NCBI RefSeq assembly: GCF_006345805.1
Contig: NC_043018.1
Location: forward strand, 24,924,001 to 24,988,000
Source of the DNA: Octopus sinensis
Taxonomy: Eukaryota
Length of the DNA: 64,000 nt
Reading direction: 5' to 3'
In this document: positions 63,591-64,000 of the stretch, piece after piece
Layout of the letters: every line of letters begins with the position of its first letter
Numbering within the stretch: position 1 is the first letter of the stretch
Notes under the pieces: model-generated
What the model was told of the DNA's origin: nothing
The model's input: the letters and a program-made list of their open reading frames with translations, nothing else
The model's database searches: none
Made by a program: the position numbers and the translations under genes

Positions 63591-64000
63591 TATCTATATA
63601 TAGGAAATAATTACATACATTTCAAAGATTTATCAAAAACAAACAGAAAATTCATAGCTAATCCCTCATCAGCCAACGTCCAAAAAGCCATTACAATTTC
63701 GTGCCTTTATCATTGATGAAGAAACAGGCATATAGGATTGTGTAGTCTATGATAAACTATGTCTGAAATACATGAAATGGTCATGAATGGAATCTCATTT
63801 GGGAAGAAATAGACGTGTTTGGTCAGAGTTATACTGGAGCCAAACAACAGTAGTCTATGTGTTCGTCTATGTTGCTCTATTCATGTGTCTGTCTGTCTGT
63901 CTCTGCCGCTTCATTATCCTACGTTACACAGTTGTAGCTGTTAAAGATGTTCTCCTCAAACACTAGACTCTGCATCCAGCTTGGTGTTCAGTGCACTTGT

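Overview
Repeat-saturated, AT-rich eukaryotic genomic DNA. The SINE families, (TA)n/(CA)n/(GAT)n density and large introns are most consistent with an octopod cephalopod (Octopus sp.); this is inference, not a database match. The only host gene I can support is a cytosolic purine 5'-nucleotidase (NT5C2/cN-II family, HAD superfamily) on the minus strand. Two coding exons are visible: 57085-56985 (MPLK...KVYKRDPDK-R) and 45101-45028 ([25 protein letters not shown], with HAD motif I DxDxT). They have compatible phase-2 splice sites. I could not find the next exon, so everything below 45028 is probably one intron of more than 45 kb. The introns hold dozens of tRNA-head SINEs of at least 4 families, RTE-LINE 3' ends, two mariner transposase relics, hAT- and piggyBac-type MITEs, and a Penelope-like (PLE) GIY-YIG relic. 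The most notable signal is a set of short PLE-type terminal-repeat fragments, mostly inserted in (TA)n. They carry hammerhead-ribozyme (HHR) motifs of about 6 sequence families, often with self-complementary stem III, and several sit inside long fold-back inverted repeats, the largest a 533-bp near-perfect palindrome. The copies with intact catalytic cores all lie on the sense strand of the NT5C2 pre-mRNA. Almost all ORFs in the supplied track are microsatellite artefacts.
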